From Parcubacteria group bacterium (GTDB lineage Bacteria; Patescibacteriota; Minisyncoccia; Phycocordibacterales; CALRBT01), in contig CALRBT010000004.1 in assembly GCA_943354475.1 (NCBI GenBank), positions 1 through 56,874 on the forward strand: a stretch of DNA of 56,874 nt, written 5' to 3'. Positions 8,719 through 17,828 of the stretch are shown here, piece by piece. How positions within the stretch are numbered: the stretch's first letter is position 1; every line of letters begins with the position of its first letter. The notes below the pieces were generated by a model. That model was not told the DNA's origin, did no database searches, and saw only the letters and a program-made list of their open reading frames with translations. Made by a program: the position numbers and the translations under genes.

Positions 8719-9078
8719 ATGACACGATCACTTAAAAAAGGACCATATATCGAGGAAAGACTCTTGAAGAAAATCGAGGGTAAGCATCCGGCAACTGCTG
8801 GGCTTATTAAGACATGGTCAAGACGAAGTCAGATTTCTCCAGAGATGGTTGGCTTTAAGTTTGGTGTCCATAATGGACGAGAGCACATTGAGGTATTGGT
8901 GAACGAGGAGATGGTAGGTCACCGATTGGGTGAATTCTCACCAACTCGTAAATTCATTCGTCACGGAGGTAAAATGCAGAAAGAGCTTGAGCAGAAGAAG
9001 AAAGATGGTGAAATTGCAGCCGCTCAAGCAGCCAAAGCAGCAACTTCAACAACCGCAGCTAAGAAAACTGCTAAGTAA
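8719..9078 (+). CDS. rpsS: 30S ribosomal protein S19 with Ala/Lys-rich tail
   Basis: RSLKKGP, KTWSRRS and [11 protein letters not shown] motifs. Confidence 0.97.
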   Translation: MTRSLKKGPYIEERLLKKIEGKHPATAGLIKTWSRRSQISPEMVGFKFGVHNGREHIEVLVNEEMVGHRLGEFSPTRKFIRHGGKMQKELEQKKKDGEIAAAQAAKAATSTTAAKKTAK

Positions 9079-9095
9079 TTTTGTAAATAATTTTT

Positions 9096-9476
9096 ATGGT
9101 AACCGCGCATTTACGATCATATAGACAGTCTCCTCGAAAAGTTCGCTTGGTTGCGGGGCTTCTTGGTGGTAAGTCGGTCACTAATGCACTTCAAGAACTA
9201 ACTTTCCTCGATAAGCGAGCATCTCTTCCAATCAAGAAATTGATTGAATCAGCTGTTGCGAATGCCAAGAATACCCTAGGTGTTGAGGTAACCAACCTTT
9301 TTATAAAGGAATTGCGAGTTGATAAGGCGCCTGTTCTCAAACGATCAATGCCGAGAGCGCGAGGAAGTGCTTTCCCAATTCACAAACACTCAAGTCACAT
9401 CAGCGTTATTCTTGTTGAACAAGCTCCTGTTGTTAAAGCAAAGAAGCTCGTAAAAGCTAAGGCTTCTGAAGCATAA
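9096..9476 (+). CDS. rplV: 50S ribosomal protein L22
   Basis: SPRKVRLVA and PRARGSA motifs. Confidence 0.97.
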   Translation: MVTAHLRSYRQSPRKVRLVAGLLGGKSVTNALQELTFLDKRASLPIKKLIESAVANAKNTLGVEVTNLFIKELRVDKAPVLKRSMPRARGSAFPIHKHSSHISVILVEQAPVVKAKKLVKAKASEA

Positions 9477-9495
9477 TTTAAAAATTTAAATCTAT

Positions 9496-10164
9496 ATGTC
9501 ACACACAGTCCATCCATACGCACATAGAATCGGTATCCTACGAGATTGGAAGTCTCGTTGGTTTGGTGAGCGAGGACAATTCAGTGAATACCTTAGGTGT
9601 GACGTTTTGATTCGTGAATACCTCATCAAACGACTTCGAGGACTCTATGTTGCTGGGGTTGAGATTGAGCGTGGAGCAAAATCATTCCGTATCATTATCA
9701 AGACATCTCGTCCTGGTATGATTATTGGTAGATCAGGAGAAGGTCAGGTAAAGCTCCGAAAGGATATTATGAGAATTATCTCAAAGAATAAGCTTACTGT
9801 TCCTGCAGATTTCAAGCTCGATATTGAAGAAGTGCGATCTCCAGAATCTTCAGCACCAATTGTCGCTCAGATGATTGCCGAAGGTCTTGAGAAGCGTTTG
9901 CCATTTAGACGCGTTATCAAGCAAATGGTTGATAAGGTTATGGCAAACCGCGATGTTAAGGGGGTCAAGGTCATCCTCTCAGGACGCCTTGGTGGTGCTG
10001 AAATGGCACGTGTTGAGAAGCTCCGAAAGGGAAGTGTCCCACTTCAGACAATGCGTGCTGATATCGACTTTGCTCGTGAGAAAGCACATCTTACCTACGG
10101 AGACATCGGTATCAAGACATGGATTTACCGAGGAGAGGTTTTTACCGAAAAACCAAAGAATTAA
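9496..10164 (+). CDS. rpsC: 30S ribosomal protein S3
   Basis: KH-domain RPGMIIGR, SGRLGGAEMAR and PLQTMRADID motifs. Confidence 0.97.
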   Translation: MSHTVHPYAHRIGILRDWKSRWFGERGQFSEYLRCDVLIREYLIKRLRGLYVAGVEIERGAKSFRIIIKTSRPGMIIGRSGEGQVKLRKDIMRIISKNKLTVPADFKLDIEEVRSPESSAPIVAQMIAEGLEKRLPFRRVIKQMVDKVMANRDVKGVKVILSGRLGGAEMARVEKLRKGSVPLQTMRADIDFAREKAHLTYGDIGIKTWIYRGEVFTEKPKN

Positions 10165-10174
10165 TTTAAATTTT

Positions 10175-10594
10175 ATGTTACTCCCTAAGAAAGTAAAACA
10201 TCGAAAATGGCAGACCGCTCGCCGAAACTCAGGTAAAGCTTGGGTTGAGACTCGTGGAACAACGGTCGCCTTCGGCTCTCACGGCCTCAAGGCAGTGAGC
10301 TCAGGGAGGATCAGGTCAAACCAGATTGAAGCGGCTCGTAAGGTGGTAAGTCGCGCGGCATCAAAAGTTGGTAAAATCTGGATTCGTGTGTTTCCTGACA
10401 TGCCTTACACTGGAAAACCTGCAGAGGTTGGAATGGGTAAGGGTAAGGGAGATCCACAGGGCTACCAGGTCCAGGTAAAGCCGGGACGTATGCTCTTTGA
10501 GATTGATGGCGTAACTGACGCTGTTGCAAGGGAAGCCCTCCGTAAGGCGAGTGCCAAACTTCCGCTCAAGACCAAGGTGGTCGCCAGAGACTAG
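10175..10594 (+). CDS. rplP: 50S ribosomal protein L16
   Basis: MLLPKKVKHRK, IEAAR and MGKGKG motifs; true start ATG 10175. Confidence 0.96.
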   Translation: MLLPKKVKHRKWQTARRNSGKAWVETRGTTVAFGSHGLKAVSSGRIRSNQIEAARKVVSRAASKVGKIWIRVFPDMPYTGKPAEVGMGKGKGDPQGYQVQVKPGRMLFEIDGVTDAVAREALRKASAKLPLKTKVVARD

Positions 10595-10609
10595 TGATTG
10601 ACGGTTCGG

Positions 10610-10637
10610 TTGACTTATCGTCAAAAATCCTTAGTAT
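10610..10637 (+). promoter_or_regulatory. Internal promoter before rpmC
   Basis: TTGACT, 16-nt spacer, TAGTAT. Confidence 0.45.
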
Positions 10638-10656
10638 GGGAGCACAACGTACATTT

Positions 10657-10857
10657 ATGAAAGAACTCAAGAATAAAACAAAAGAAGCCCTCGAAACAAT
10701 GCTTATTGAGAAGCGAAAGGTTCTTCGAGATTTTAGATTCAATATGACTTCAACTCAGATTAAGGACGTCAAAATTGGTAGAAATGCCAGAAAGAGTATT
10801 GCTCAGATTTTAACGCTCCTTAATCAGAAGGGTACGACCTCTGTTTCTGCAAAATAA
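10657..10857 (+). CDS. rpmC: 50S ribosomal protein L29
   Basis: MKELKNK...LRDFRF...RKSIAQILTLL; lies between rplP and rpsQ; start could also be ATG 10636. Confidence 0.92.
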   Translation: MKELKNKTKEALETMLIEKRKVLRDFRFNMTSTQIKDVKIGRNARKSIAQILTLLNQKGTTSVSAK

Positions 10858-10862
10858 TTACT

Positions 10863-11147
10863 ATGAAAAAGCCAGTAGAGAATAAAGAAATAACTGTCGA
10901 GAAAAAGGGTAAAATCCTCTCTGGTGTTGTTGTTTCTGACAAGATGACAGATACGATTGTTGTTTCTGTTGAGCGATACGTTAAGCATCCAAAGTACCGA
11001 AAGTTCATCAACCACCGAAAGCGATACAAGGCACATGATGCTGGAAATACCGCCAAAATCGGAGAGAAGGTTATGATCAAAGAGTGCGCCCCAATTTCAA
11101 AAGATAAACACTTCAAATTAGTCCCCACTCTCTCTAAGGCTAGCTAA
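10863..11147 (+). CDS. rpsQ: 30S ribosomal protein S17
   Basis: GVVVSDKM, HPKY and PISKDK motifs. Confidence 0.96.
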   Translation: MKKPVENKEITVEKKGKILSGVVVSDKMTDTIVVSVERYVKHPKYRKFINHRKRYKAHDAGNTAKIGEKVMIKECAPISKDKHFKLVPTLSKAS

Positions 11148-11178
11148 CCGCCTAAGTCAATCACCTAAATTCTAAACC

Positions 11179-11547
11179 ATGATTCAACCACGTACCATTG
11201 TAAAAATAACTGATAACTCCGGAGGAAAAATCGGACGAGTTTTCAAGGTACTCGGTTCATCAAAGAAGCGTTATGCCCGTATCGGAGATCTTGTTGTGCT
11301 TTCAGTACAATCAGCAGAACCTCGAAAGGGAACTAAGAAGAAAGACGTACATACCGCAGTGGTGGTTCGCCAACGACAAGCTTTTCGAAGAAAGGACGGA
11401 TCATACATCCGTTTTGATGAGAACGCAGTCGTATTGGTGGATAAGGAGAAGCGAGAGCCAAAGGCTGGACGTATCTTCGGACCAATTCCACGAGAGCTTG
11501 CTGAGAAATATCAGAAAATTGTTTCACTAGCCCCTGAGGTTGTGTAG
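11179..11547 (+). CDS. rplN: 50S ribosomal protein L14
   Basis: MIQ...DNSG, RFDENA and IVSLAPEV motifs. Confidence 0.97.
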   Translation: MIQPRTIVKITDNSGGKIGRVFKVLGSSKKRYARIGDLVVLSVQSAEPRKGTKKKDVHTAVVVRQRQAFRRKDGSYIRFDENAVVLVDKEKREPKAGRIFGPIPRELAEKYQKIVSLAPEVV

Positions 11548-11562
11548 ACTTATAGAAAATTT

Positions 11563-11868
11563 ATGTATATTAAAAAAGGCGACAATGTAATAGTGCTTTC
11601 CGGTAAGGATAAAGGAAAGAAAGGAAAGGTTATCAAGGCACTCCCTGCTCGCTCTTTGGTGGTGGTTGAAGGAGTTTCTGTGCACAAGAAGCACAAGCGA
11701 GCCACTCGAAGCGATTCAAAGGGACAGATTATCGAAATAGCGATGCCAATCAATGTTTCAAATGTCGCCCTCGTTGATCCAAAGAGTGGTAAGGCGACCC
11801 GAATCGGTAAGAAATTGGTAGGAGAGAAGTTTGTCCGAATCGCCAAGAAAAGTAACCAGACCATCTAA
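11563..11868 (+). CDS. rplX: 50S ribosomal protein L24
   Basis: KOW motif IKKGDNVIVLSGKDKGKKGKV. Confidence 0.97.
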   Translation: MYIKKGDNVIVLSGKDKGKKGKVIKALPARSLVVVEGVSVHKKHKRATRSDSKGQIIEIAMPINVSNVALVDPKSGKATRIGKKLVGEKFVRIAKKSNQTI

Positions 11869-11879
11869 ATTTCAACTTT

Positions 11880-12428
11880 ATGCCAATTACTACTGTTAAA
11901 GAAAAAGAAAAGAATGCTTTCACTGCTCTAAAGAGCGTGTCAGGCTACAAGAACCCTATGCAGGCGCCTCGCCTCACTAAGGTGGTTGTTTCTGCGGGAA
12001 CTGGATCAACCAAAGACAAGAAGAAGGTTGAACTCATCGCTGACCGTCTTGCCAAGATTACTGGTCAAAAGGCCGCTCCTCGTCTTGCTAAGGTATCGAT
12101 TGCAACTTTCAAGAGCCGAAAGGGTGATGCTATTGGTTACCAGATTACTCTAAGAGGCGCACGAATGTACGATTTTCTCGACAGACTTTTCAATATTTCA
12201 ATTCCTCGAACCAAGGACTTCAGAGGTCTTTCTCGAAAGGGAATCGATGATATCGGTAACTACACTATTGGTATCAAAGAGCACACTATTTTTCCAGAGA
12301 CCGCAGACGAAGAACTCAAAGACGTTTTTGGTTTCGCCATTACTCTTGTTACCACTGCAAAGGATAAAAAATCCGCTGAAAGTTTCTTAGAGCATATCGG
12401 TGTCCCGTTTCAGAAGGAAGTGAAATAA
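11880..12428 (+). CDS. rplE: 50S ribosomal protein L5
   Basis: ITGQK, FKSRKG, VTLRG-like and DFRGLS motifs. Confidence 0.97.
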   Translation: MPITTVKEKEKNAFTALKSVSGYKNPMQAPRLTKVVVSAGTGSTKDKKKVELIADRLAKITGQKAAPRLAKVSIATFKSRKGDAIGYQITLRGARMYDFLDRLFNISIPRTKDFRGLSRKGIDDIGNYTIGIKEHTIFPETADEELKDVFGFAITLVTTAKDKKSAESFLEHIGVPFQKEVK

Positions 12429-12472
12429 TAAACCAAAAATGCTCGGCTTAGGCCGAGCATTTTTGGTTTATT
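12427..12472. terminator. Long hairpin terminator after rplE
   Basis: Perfect 21-bp arms aataaaccaaaaatgctcggc / gccgagcatttttggtttatt with a TTAG loop. Confidence 0.75.
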
Positions 12473-12583
12473 GTACAGTTTTTAGAAGGGATTGATACAG
12501 AGACTTTGCATTATAGAAAATAAAGAGTTGACATTACTCTCTTCCGGAGATAATCTCCTCAGAAGAAAGAAGAGGAAAAAACC

Positions 12584-13339
12584 ATGGCAAATCATCAACT
12601 AAACCAAGCCTATACGAAAGCCTTCGAGACATTCCTGAGTCATACAAACGAAAAGCTGATTTTACTAGAATACTTAGGAAAGCTTATTCAAAGTCGAGAG
12701 GTTAGCTCGGTACTGGATATTGGTGCGGGTAATGGCGATTTGGCGATACCTCTTGCCAGAGAAGTTGGTCGTTATGTAGCGGTAGAACAAAAACCAAACT
12801 ATGCCAACACACTCAGAAACAGTAACCTTTTTGTCTACCAAGCAGTATTCCCATGTTTAATCGACGGAAAATTTGATCTTGTACTTGGTTCACATATTAT
12901 TCCTTGGAGAAAGGAAGAATACACCCCACTCATCTTTGCTGCCTGGGATTTGGTAGCAACGTACGGACAGCTGGTCCTCATTACCTATGATGATACAGAA
13001 CATAGTGCATGGAATGAGTTACGAGATGGGTGTAATCTTCCAACTTCACGTAGGTCAGGAAGTCGGATAGATCTCTTCAGGGAAGTTCTTGAAACCTTAG
13101 GGGAGGTTGAGGTTATAGAGCTTGTAACAGCAGTTGAGACAAATACGCTAGATGAGCTGTGCCAAGCACTAGCCTTTGTTTATAGTGATGGAGAAATAGA
13201 GAAGCTTACATTTTTTCTGAAAAACGAAGCGGTAAGGACTTATCTTGAAACCAATCACAAAACCGAAGGGAGATACTCTTTCCCGTTTACGCACTATGTT
13301 CTTCAGGTAAGTAAGTTACCACAAGCAGAGTTTATTTAA
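12584..13339 (+). CDS. Class I SAM-dependent methyltransferase
   Basis: VLDIGAGNG motif I and FDLVL post-II motif; GAGG SD; TTGACA promoter at 12528. Confidence 0.8.
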   Translation: MANHQLNQAYTKAFETFLSHTNEKLILLEYLGKLIQSREVSSVLDIGAGNGDLAIPLAREVGRYVAVEQKPNYANTLRNSNLFVYQAVFPCLIDGKFDLVLGSHIIPWRKEEYTPLIFAAWDLVATYGQLVLITYDDTEHSAWNELRDGCNLPTSRRSGSRIDLFREVLETLGEVEVIELVTAVETNTLDELCQALAFVYSDGEIEKLTFFLKNEAVRTYLETNHKTEGRYSFPFTHYVLQVSKLPQAEFI

Positions 13340-13345
13340 AGCAGT

Positions 13346-13371
13346 GACCCCATGCCAATCGGCATGGGGTC
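13346..13371 (+). terminator. Hairpin after the methyltransferase
   Basis: gaccccatgcc-aatc-ggcatggggtc. Confidence 0.55.
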
Positions 13372-13477
13372 TATGGTAATAAAAAGTGGAGGAGTAAACT
13401 ATTTTTTTCTTAAACTCACTTGACTTACTCAGCTAAAAGTACAAACTACGTTTAGCAAAGGGAAAAGGAGAGGTGGT

Positions 13478-13687
13478 GTGGAAGATTTCGATAAACTCTG
13501 TGGGTGTGGTTGTGGGGAACAACATAACCTTAAGGGCCCGTTCACTCTTGATGTCAATACTTCCAGGGTCTTCCATTTCGTTAATCGAGAACATAAGGAA
13601 CGTGGAATCAGTTCAGAGATGATGACCGGTATCAGACCCGCACCGATTGTTCCAGACTACCAGTTTTCTCGGTTGAAATGGACGTAG
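13478..13687 (+). CDS. Small hypothetical protein with a CGCGCG motif
   Basis: GTG start behind a strong GGAGAGGTG SD; followed by two hairpins (13701-13729, 13749-13776). Confidence 0.55.
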   Translation: MEDFDKLCGCGCGEQHNLKGPFTLDVNTSRVFHFVNREHKERGISSEMMTGIRPAPIVPDYQFSRLKWT

Positions 13688-13791
13688 GTGAGGAAAAGAT
13701 AAACCTAGGACACCTCGTGTCCTAGGTTTGTTGCGTTTAAAACCTCGGAAATCGTGAGACTTAGTCTCACGGTTTTATTATATGCCCAAGA

Positions 13792-13820
13792 TTGACATAT
13801 ATTTAAACTATATATAAACT
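13792..13820 (+). promoter_or_regulatory. Promoter of the toxin-antitoxin operon
   Basis: TTGACA, 17-nt spacer, TAAACT; the spacer is a near-palindrome (tatatttaaactatata), a possible autoregulatory operator. Confidence 0.5.
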
Positions 13821-13829
13821 ATATGGTAT

Positions 13830-14105
13830 ATGAACACACAAATTGTATTCACTATTGATCCAAAGGTTAAGGCAAAAGCCATGAAGCGCGCAAAGGCTGA
13901 GGGTATTCCTTTTGCGGCGTATCTTCGTCATGCCGCGGAAGAGTATGCGGAAGAGAGAACCGGATTTTCCATCACACGTCCAGAAATTCCAAATGCGAAA
14001 ACTGCAAAAATACTTCGTGCCACAGCACGTGATATTAAGGCAGGGAAGAACCTCGTATCTTTTAAGGACATGAAAGGCATGGACGATTATCTTAGATCAC
14101 TGTAA
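13830..14105 (+). CDS. Type II antitoxin, RelB/DinJ-like
   Basis: 91 aa; RHH-like N-terminus and IPNAKT C-terminal motif; upstream of a RelE-like toxin. Confidence 0.7.
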   Translation: MNTQIVFTIDPKVKAKAMKRAKAEGIPFAAYLRHAAEEYAEERTGFSITRPEIPNAKTAKILRATARDIKAGKNLVSFKDMKGMDDYLRSL

Positions 14106-14116
14106 TTCATGCAGAT

Positions 14117-14374
14117 ATGGAGATTGAATTACATCGAACATTCATAAAGCAGTTCAAAAAACTGCCTCGGGAAATTCGAAATAAGTTTATAGAGCGTAAA
14201 AATATTTTCAGACTAGAACCGTTTCATCCGCTAATTCACAATCACGAGCTTTCCGGAGAGTGGATTGGTCATCGAAGTATCAATATTACCGGAGACTACC
14301 GAGCTTTGTTTAGAGAAGAAAAAGGTATTATTATTTTTGTCAGTATCGGCACACATTCCGAGTTATACGACTAA
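14117..14374 (+). CDS. Type II toxin, RelE/YafQ-like mRNA interferase
   Basis: FIKQFKKL, HELSGEW, SINITGDYRALF and IGTHSELY pattern. Confidence 0.85.
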   Translation: MEIELHRTFIKQFKKLPREIRNKFIERKNIFRLEPFHPLIHNHELSGEWIGHRSINITGDYRALFREEKGIIIFVSIGTHSELYD

Positions 14375-14461
14375 AAAAGCAAAAACCGTCCCTCCAAACG
14401 GCTTTGCGTTTGTTGAGACGGTTGACACTGCCGTGCTCCCGGTCGGTGTGTACGTTTCTCC

Positions 14462-15178
14462 TCATTCGTTAAACCTAGAGATCCAGTGATACTTCAGGGC
14501 GAGCTCTGCAACTTTCGTTGCGGCGCGCTTTGAGAGCCCGTCCTCCGAGGTAAGTTTTTCGACGAATTGACGTTTTGTCCCGTCCTGCATGAATGGGCCG
14601 TCCTCGTATGTGAAGCCCAATGTGCAAAGGTATGCACGTGTTTTCAGAAGACTCTGGTGAATCGTGCGACACTCGTATGCATGTTCACCAGTCCACGGAC
14701 TGATCTCAAGTATGTCGTGGACAGTGAGTACTCTCGTTTCATCGTAGTCACGAAAGTTTGCGCCAAGAATCGTTCGAATAGCTATTGCCGAAAGTGTTCC
14801 GAGTCTACGTACGTTAGTTTCGCGAAGAGCTTCTTTCCCTAGCTTCCGCAATTCTGTCAGCGTAGCGGTGTGTATCGGGAGGCATGGAACGTCCAGATAT
14901 GTAAGCCCCTCTGTCACGAGGGCGTCGGCCAGGCGAGGGAGTTTTTCTCCCAGATCACTGTTTGCACGCCCAAGCATATCAGCAAGAGCTTTCAGCGCGT
15001 CTCGCATACGTACTGTACGTGCACGAGCGAGAAGTTTTTTGTGGTTACTATCCCATGCTTCCTTACGACCTATTGCTTCACGTACGAGATCGTTGCGCAC
15101 TTGTGGGCTCAACTCATGTTTCTGGACAAATTCAGCGACCGTCATGTTGAAGACGGGGTGTGTTTGGTTTGTGTGCAT
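14462..15178 (-). CDS. Hypothetical protein; weak resemblance of the C-terminal half to an RNA polymerase alpha-CTD-like helical domain
   Basis: 238-aa ORF with its own minus-strand TTGACA-17-TATTAT promoter (15225-15253). Confidence 0.6.
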   Translation of the reverse strand: MHTNQTHPVFNMTVAEFVQKHELSPQVRNDLVREAIGRKEAWDSNHKKLLARARTVRMRDALKALADMLGRANSDLGEKLPRLADALVTEGLTYLDVPCLPIHTATLTELRKLGKEALRETNVRRLGTLSAIAIRTILGANFRDYDETRVLTVHDILEISPWTGEHAYECRTIHQSLLKTRAYLCTLGFTYEDGPFMQDGTKRQFVEKLTSEDGLSKRAATKVAELALKYHWISRFNE

Positions 15179-15339
15179 CGTCGTTGTGACCTCTGGTCAT
15201 TTGGTTGTGATGATCGTCTGAGATAATAATAGCTTGAAAATGGACTCATGTCAATAGATAGTCACGATTTTAATTCAATAAATATAAGACGGAAAAGCTT
15301 GACAAATATATGTGTTTTGTATAGTATAGTCATATAATT

Positions 15340-16095
15340 ATGACTAATAAAAAAGAACCAACCAAACAGACGTACCTCGAAAGCGCCTTAAAATCAGGAC
15401 TTTCAGCAAAGGCGGCCACCGTATATGTGGCTATGCTCGAAGCTGGAATACCATTGTCACCCAAGGCTATTATTGGTCGGACGAGGTTACATCGGCAGTA
15501 TGTATACGATGCACTAGGGGAACTGCAGGACAGGCGCCTATCTCTGGCGGTAGGTGAGGGTCGGGGAGTAAAGTACCAAGCCGCAAGTCCAGATCGTCTA
15601 TTGCAAGACGCAGAGAAACATCGCATTGATGCGCTTGATGGGGTTTCGCAGCTTATGCGTCTCTATGACCGTTCTCCTGCGGGAGTAGTCGAGGTTATTC
15701 GTGGTAGCCAGAATGTTATAGAAGACGAATTGCGGTTATTGCGAGGTGCAAAAGCGGGCGACTACTTGGATATTGTGGGAGGAGGGGGTAACCGTTGGGT
15801 AGAGCTCTTCGAGGGTCATATCGAAGAATGGGAGGCGCTACGTAAAGAGAAAAAGATTAAACTGCGCTACATCGGCACCGAAGACGATGTCCGTCACAAT
15901 CGCGAGGAAAGTATTATCGAGAATGAGTCCCGCATCATCTCTGGTATCGGCGACCTAGTGACGGTGAGCATCCGCCCAGGCAGCGTGAGCTTTAACTTCT
16001 ATGAACCAGAAGCTGTGATTGTCCGTGTTAAAAACGAAGCGGCGGTCGCGAGCCAACGGGCGTTGTTTGAAGTGCTTTGGAAGGTTGCGAAATAA
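15340..16095 (+). CDS. TrmB-family helix-turn-helix transcriptional regulator
   Basis: GLSAKAATVYVAML...LHRQYVYDALGEL winged HTH followed by an effector-like domain; TTGACA-17-TAGTAT promoter at 15299-15327. Confidence 0.75.
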   Translation: MTNKKEPTKQTYLESALKSGLSAKAATVYVAMLEAGIPLSPKAIIGRTRLHRQYVYDALGELQDRRLSLAVGEGRGVKYQAASPDRLLQDAEKHRIDALDGVSQLMRLYDRSPAGVVEVIRGSQNVIEDELRLLRGAKAGDYLDIVGGGGNRWVELFEGHIEEWEALRKEKKIKLRYIGTEDDVRHNREESIIENESRIISGIGDLVTVSIRPGSVSFNFYEPEAVIVRVKNEAAVASQRALFEVLWKVAK

Positions 16096-16168
16096 GACAT
16101 TTGAGGTTGGATTGGAGTAGTGATGTAGAGGGTGACAGTCAGAATGGTCCAGATGAGACTAGGTTTAA

Positions 16169-16197
16169 TTGACTCTTTATTCTCACTCTGATAGTAT
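16169..16197 (+). promoter_or_regulatory. Promoter restarting the spc cluster at rpsN
   Basis: TTGACT, 17-nt spacer, TAGTAT. Confidence 0.6.
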
Positions 16198-16354
16198 CTA
16201 GCACAAGCTTTTAGAAACCTATCGGATGGCTCCTCGGGGCCTATAAAACCGCTAGAAGTCTAAATCTCAGGTTTGGCTTAGGTCATCCTATGATTTGGAC
16301 TGCTCACATTTACTTGCTGGCAGTTTCTTTCGTTTCTAGGGCAGATATCAAAAT

Positions 16355-16540
16355 ATGGCAAAAAAATCAGTTATCGCAAGAGGAGCAAAAACACCGAAGT
16401 TCAAATCTCGGGTTGTCAGACGTTGTTTCCGATGTGGTAGAAAGAATGGTTTTATGCGAGATTTTGGACTTTGCCGAATCTGTTTCAGAGAGTACGCAAA
16501 CGAAGGCTTAATTCCAGGAATAAAGAAATCATCATGGTAA
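16355..16540 (+). CDS. rpsN: 30S ribosomal protein S14, zinc-binding (type Z)
   Basis: 61 aa; CFRC and CRIC zinc motifs; ends in KSSW. Confidence 0.97.
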   Translation: MAKKSVIARGAKTPKFKSRVVRRCFRCGRKNGFMRDFGLCRICFREYANEGLIPGIKKSSW

Positions 16541-16926
16541 GAGACCCTATTTCAGACTTTATCATACAGTTAAAGAACGGCTCTACTGCAGGTAAGGAGA
16601 GTGTTACCGTTAGCTTTTCAAAATTAAAATTTGCCATTGCCCAGACCTTGGAGAAGGAAGGTTATCTCTCTACGATTGCAAAGAAAGGTAAGAAGACCAA
16701 GAAGTATCTTGAAGTTACCCTTAAATACGAGGGCAAAGCTCCTCGCATCAGTGGTGTTGAGCGCATCTCACGTCTTTCACAGCGTCTTTATTTCAAAGTG
16801 AAGGATATTCATTCAGTTAAGTACGGACACGGTGCCACTATCCTCACGACTCCAAAAGGAATCATGACGGATCGAGAGGCGCGAAAGAATAATGTCGGAG
16901 GAGAGCCTCTCTTTAAAATCTGGTAA
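16534..16926 (+). CDS. rpsH: 30S ribosomal protein S8
   Basis: [19 protein letters not shown] and TTPKGIMT motifs; true start ATG 16534 overlaps the rpsN stop. Confidence 0.96.
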   Translation: MVRDPISDFIIQLKNGSTAGKESVTVSFSKLKFAIAQTLEKEGYLSTIAKKGKKTKKYLEVTLKYEGKAPRISGVERISRLSQRLYFKVKDIHSVKYGHGATILTTPKGIMTDREARKNNVGGEPLFKIW

Positions 16927-16930
16927 TTAT

Positions 16931-17467
16931 ATGTCACGAATTGGAAAGAAAATTCTGGTCATCCCAGATAACACAGAGGTAACGATTAACGGATCGACAG
17001 TTGTCGTGAAGGGTCCTTTGGGCACCCTAACTCGAACATTCCATCCTGACTTGATTATCTCCCTTGAGAATAAGGAACTCAAAGTCGTTCGCAAGCATGA
17101 GAATTCACTTGAGCTCAATGCACTTTGGGGAACAACCGTTGCTCACCTTAACAATATGATTATCGGTGTTTCAAAGTCATTTGAGAAGAAGTTGATTATC
17201 GACGGCGTTGGATTCAAGTGGGCGATTGTCGGCGATAGCGTCGATATGGCGCTTGGTTTCTCTCATCCAGTAAAGATGAAAATCCCAGAGGGAATCAAAG
17301 CATCAATCGAGAAAGCAACCCTTACCATTTCTGGTTTTGATAAGGAGCTTGTCGGACGGTTTACCGCAAACATCCGCGACAAGAAAAAGCCTGAACCATA
17401 CAAAGGAAAAGGTATTCGCTACAGTGATGAGGTTATTCGCCGAAAGCAGGGTAAGAAAGCATCATAG
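16931..17467 (+). CDS. rplF: 50S ribosomal protein L6
   Basis: MSRIGK, LGFSHP and PEPYKGKGI motifs; true start ATG 16931. Confidence 0.97.
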   Translation: MSRIGKKILVIPDNTEVTINGSTVVVKGPLGTLTRTFHPDLIISLENKELKVVRKHENSLELNALWGTTVAHLNNMIIGVSKSFEKKLIIDGVGFKWAIVGDSVDMALGFSHPVKMKIPEGIKASIEKATLTISGFDKELVGRFTANIRDKKKPEPYKGKGIRYSDEVIRRKQGKKAS

Positions 17468-17479
17468 TAATTTACGTAT

Positions 17480-17824
17480 ATGAAAACGAGCATCAAAGAA
17501 AAAAGAATACGTCGCCACACTCGAATCCGAACTATCATCAGTGGTACGGCAACTCGCCCACGGTTTTCTGTTTTCAAATCAAACAAGTATCTATATGCTC
17601 AGCTTATTAATGATACTGTAGGAAATACACTTCTTGCCGCAAACTCACAGGGTATCAAAAAGGGAACTGCTCTTGAGAAGGCAAAGGAGGTTGGAATAAC
17701 TCTTGCCAAGCTTGCCGTTGAAAAAAAGATTAAAGAAGCAGTCTTTGATCGAGGGGGTTTCAGGTATACTGGAAAGATTAAGGCGATCGCTGATGGAGCG
17801 CGCGAAGGCGGACTAATAATGTAA
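17480..17824 (+). CDS. rplR: 50S ribosomal protein L18
   Basis: VFDRGGFRYTGKIKAIADGAREGGL motif. Confidence 0.97.
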   Translation: MKTSIKEKRIRRHTRIRTIISGTATRPRFSVFKSNKYLYAQLINDTVGNTLLAANSQGIKKGTALEKAKEVGITLAKLAVEKKIKEAVFDRGGFRYTGKIKAIADGAREGGLIM

Positions 17825-17828
17825 ACGT

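Noticed and set aside
12473-16168. Integron cassette array
   Set aside because: No RYYYAAC...GTTRRRY attC boundaries and no tyrosine integrase; the hairpins differ from each other and look like terminators.
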